Of a stretch of DNA of 20,000 nucleotides, positions 19,105 through 20,000 are shown piece by piece; position 1 is the first letter of the stretch; each line of letters begins with the position of its first letter. The notes beneath the pieces are model-generated. The model did no database searches and had not been told where the DNA came from. It was given only the letters and a program-made list of their open reading frames with translations. The translations under genes and the position numbers were made by a program. Origin of the DNA: Craspedostauros australis (Eukaryota); NCBI GenBank assembly GCA_030167865.1, contig JALAGF010000143.1, forward strand, positions 48,969 through 68,968, given 5' to 3'.

Positions 19105-20000
19105 AGAGTACTGTGATCAGACGCCAGTGGAAGGCAGAATGAGGACGGATGTGCAACTATGTATGAATGAATGTAAGCATGTCCAGGCGGGAGAGGATGC
19201 GGGTGGAGTATTGGTACTCTACGAGCTCTGCATGTATTCGTGCTACCCTGTTGCCTTGCTGTTTGTGATGTCTTGCCCTGTCCAGTGTTGTGATGCTCTC
19301 TCTCTCTCTCTCTTCCGTCGAAATCAACGCCAACACCCACACTTCTTTGGGTCTGGGTGTCAGTGTTGTTGCACACGTGGACGCCCTAAGCGTGCAATCA
19401 AGTGGAGGCGTGTGGGTTTGCGTTTGCGTCTGTGTTGCTGTCGCAGGCATGAATACTCAACTCCACTTATTGCCACCGTTGGAACAAGTTGACGAACGTA
19501 TCTGTCGTTGCCTTCGCGAGTTCCAACTTGTGGCCATGTTGGGATTGATGGCTTCGCTGCGCAGTTTTTGTGATGTTTGATAGTGTCAAGTACGACTACG
19601 ACAAATAGCCTTCGTTATAAGACCCGCCTGAGTGAAAATAGTACACCTTTCTCGGGAACGTCGTTTCTGTGTTAAAAATAACTGCGTATATCTCTTGTCC
19701 TACATCAAATACATCATATGGCAAGAACTAGAATTGTTCCGTCCAATCATTTTAAAGTTATGGAGGGTTGAAAATCATGTCGAATCTACCTATTAGGTGA
19801 ATAACGCACAGACGCAACAGTGCTCATTGGCGCTTCAATAGAGTCGCAGTGGTCATTCGTCCCAAAACGTTCTTTTTTCTTCCATCGTTTGGGCTTTGTT
19901 CGCGATTCTTGAATTTCCGGAGAGTGACTCTACCTTGTGCTCACACAGAATCGTTGGTGTGGACACAAAACTCTTGTTGTGTGGAGAGTGATGTGATGTA

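Noticed and set aside
1-20000. Prokaryotic-type systems (CRISPR array, operon, anti-phage Avs STAND locus), tRNA/rRNA/snRNA, intact transposons
   Set aside because: Spliceosomal introns and gene spacing show the DNA is eukaryotic. I saw no repeat-spacer array, RNA-gene consensus, transposase/RT motif or long terminal repeat.

Overview
This window is eukaryotic DNA with GT-AG spliceosomal introns, microsatellite-rich UTRs and introns, and high-GC3 coding sequence. The gene content resembles a diatom or other stramenopile (inference). It holds six protein-coding loci. (1) The last 30 codons of a cyclase-phosphodiesterase paralog (+, to 95). (2) A 153-aa orphan hydrophobic protein (+, 697-1158). 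(3) A complete 3-exon, ~1252-aa receptor-type gene: TM, extracellular sensor, TM, class III nucleotidyl cyclase, class I phosphodiesterase (-, 1631-5910). (4) A WWOX/RDH-like short-chain dehydrogenase (+, 7787-8833). (5) A 1349-aa intronless stand-alone STAND/AAA_16-type P-loop NTPase with a long helical C-terminus and no visible kinase or output domain (+, 11028-15077). (6) A 2-exon, ~542-aa 7TM GPCR-like receptor (-, 17168-19024). Four of the six are signalling genes. The cyclase-PDE has non-canonical base-specificity residues in both catalytic domains. No rRNA, tRNA, CRISPR array or intact mobile element was recognised. All family calls come from motif recognition by eye, not database searches.
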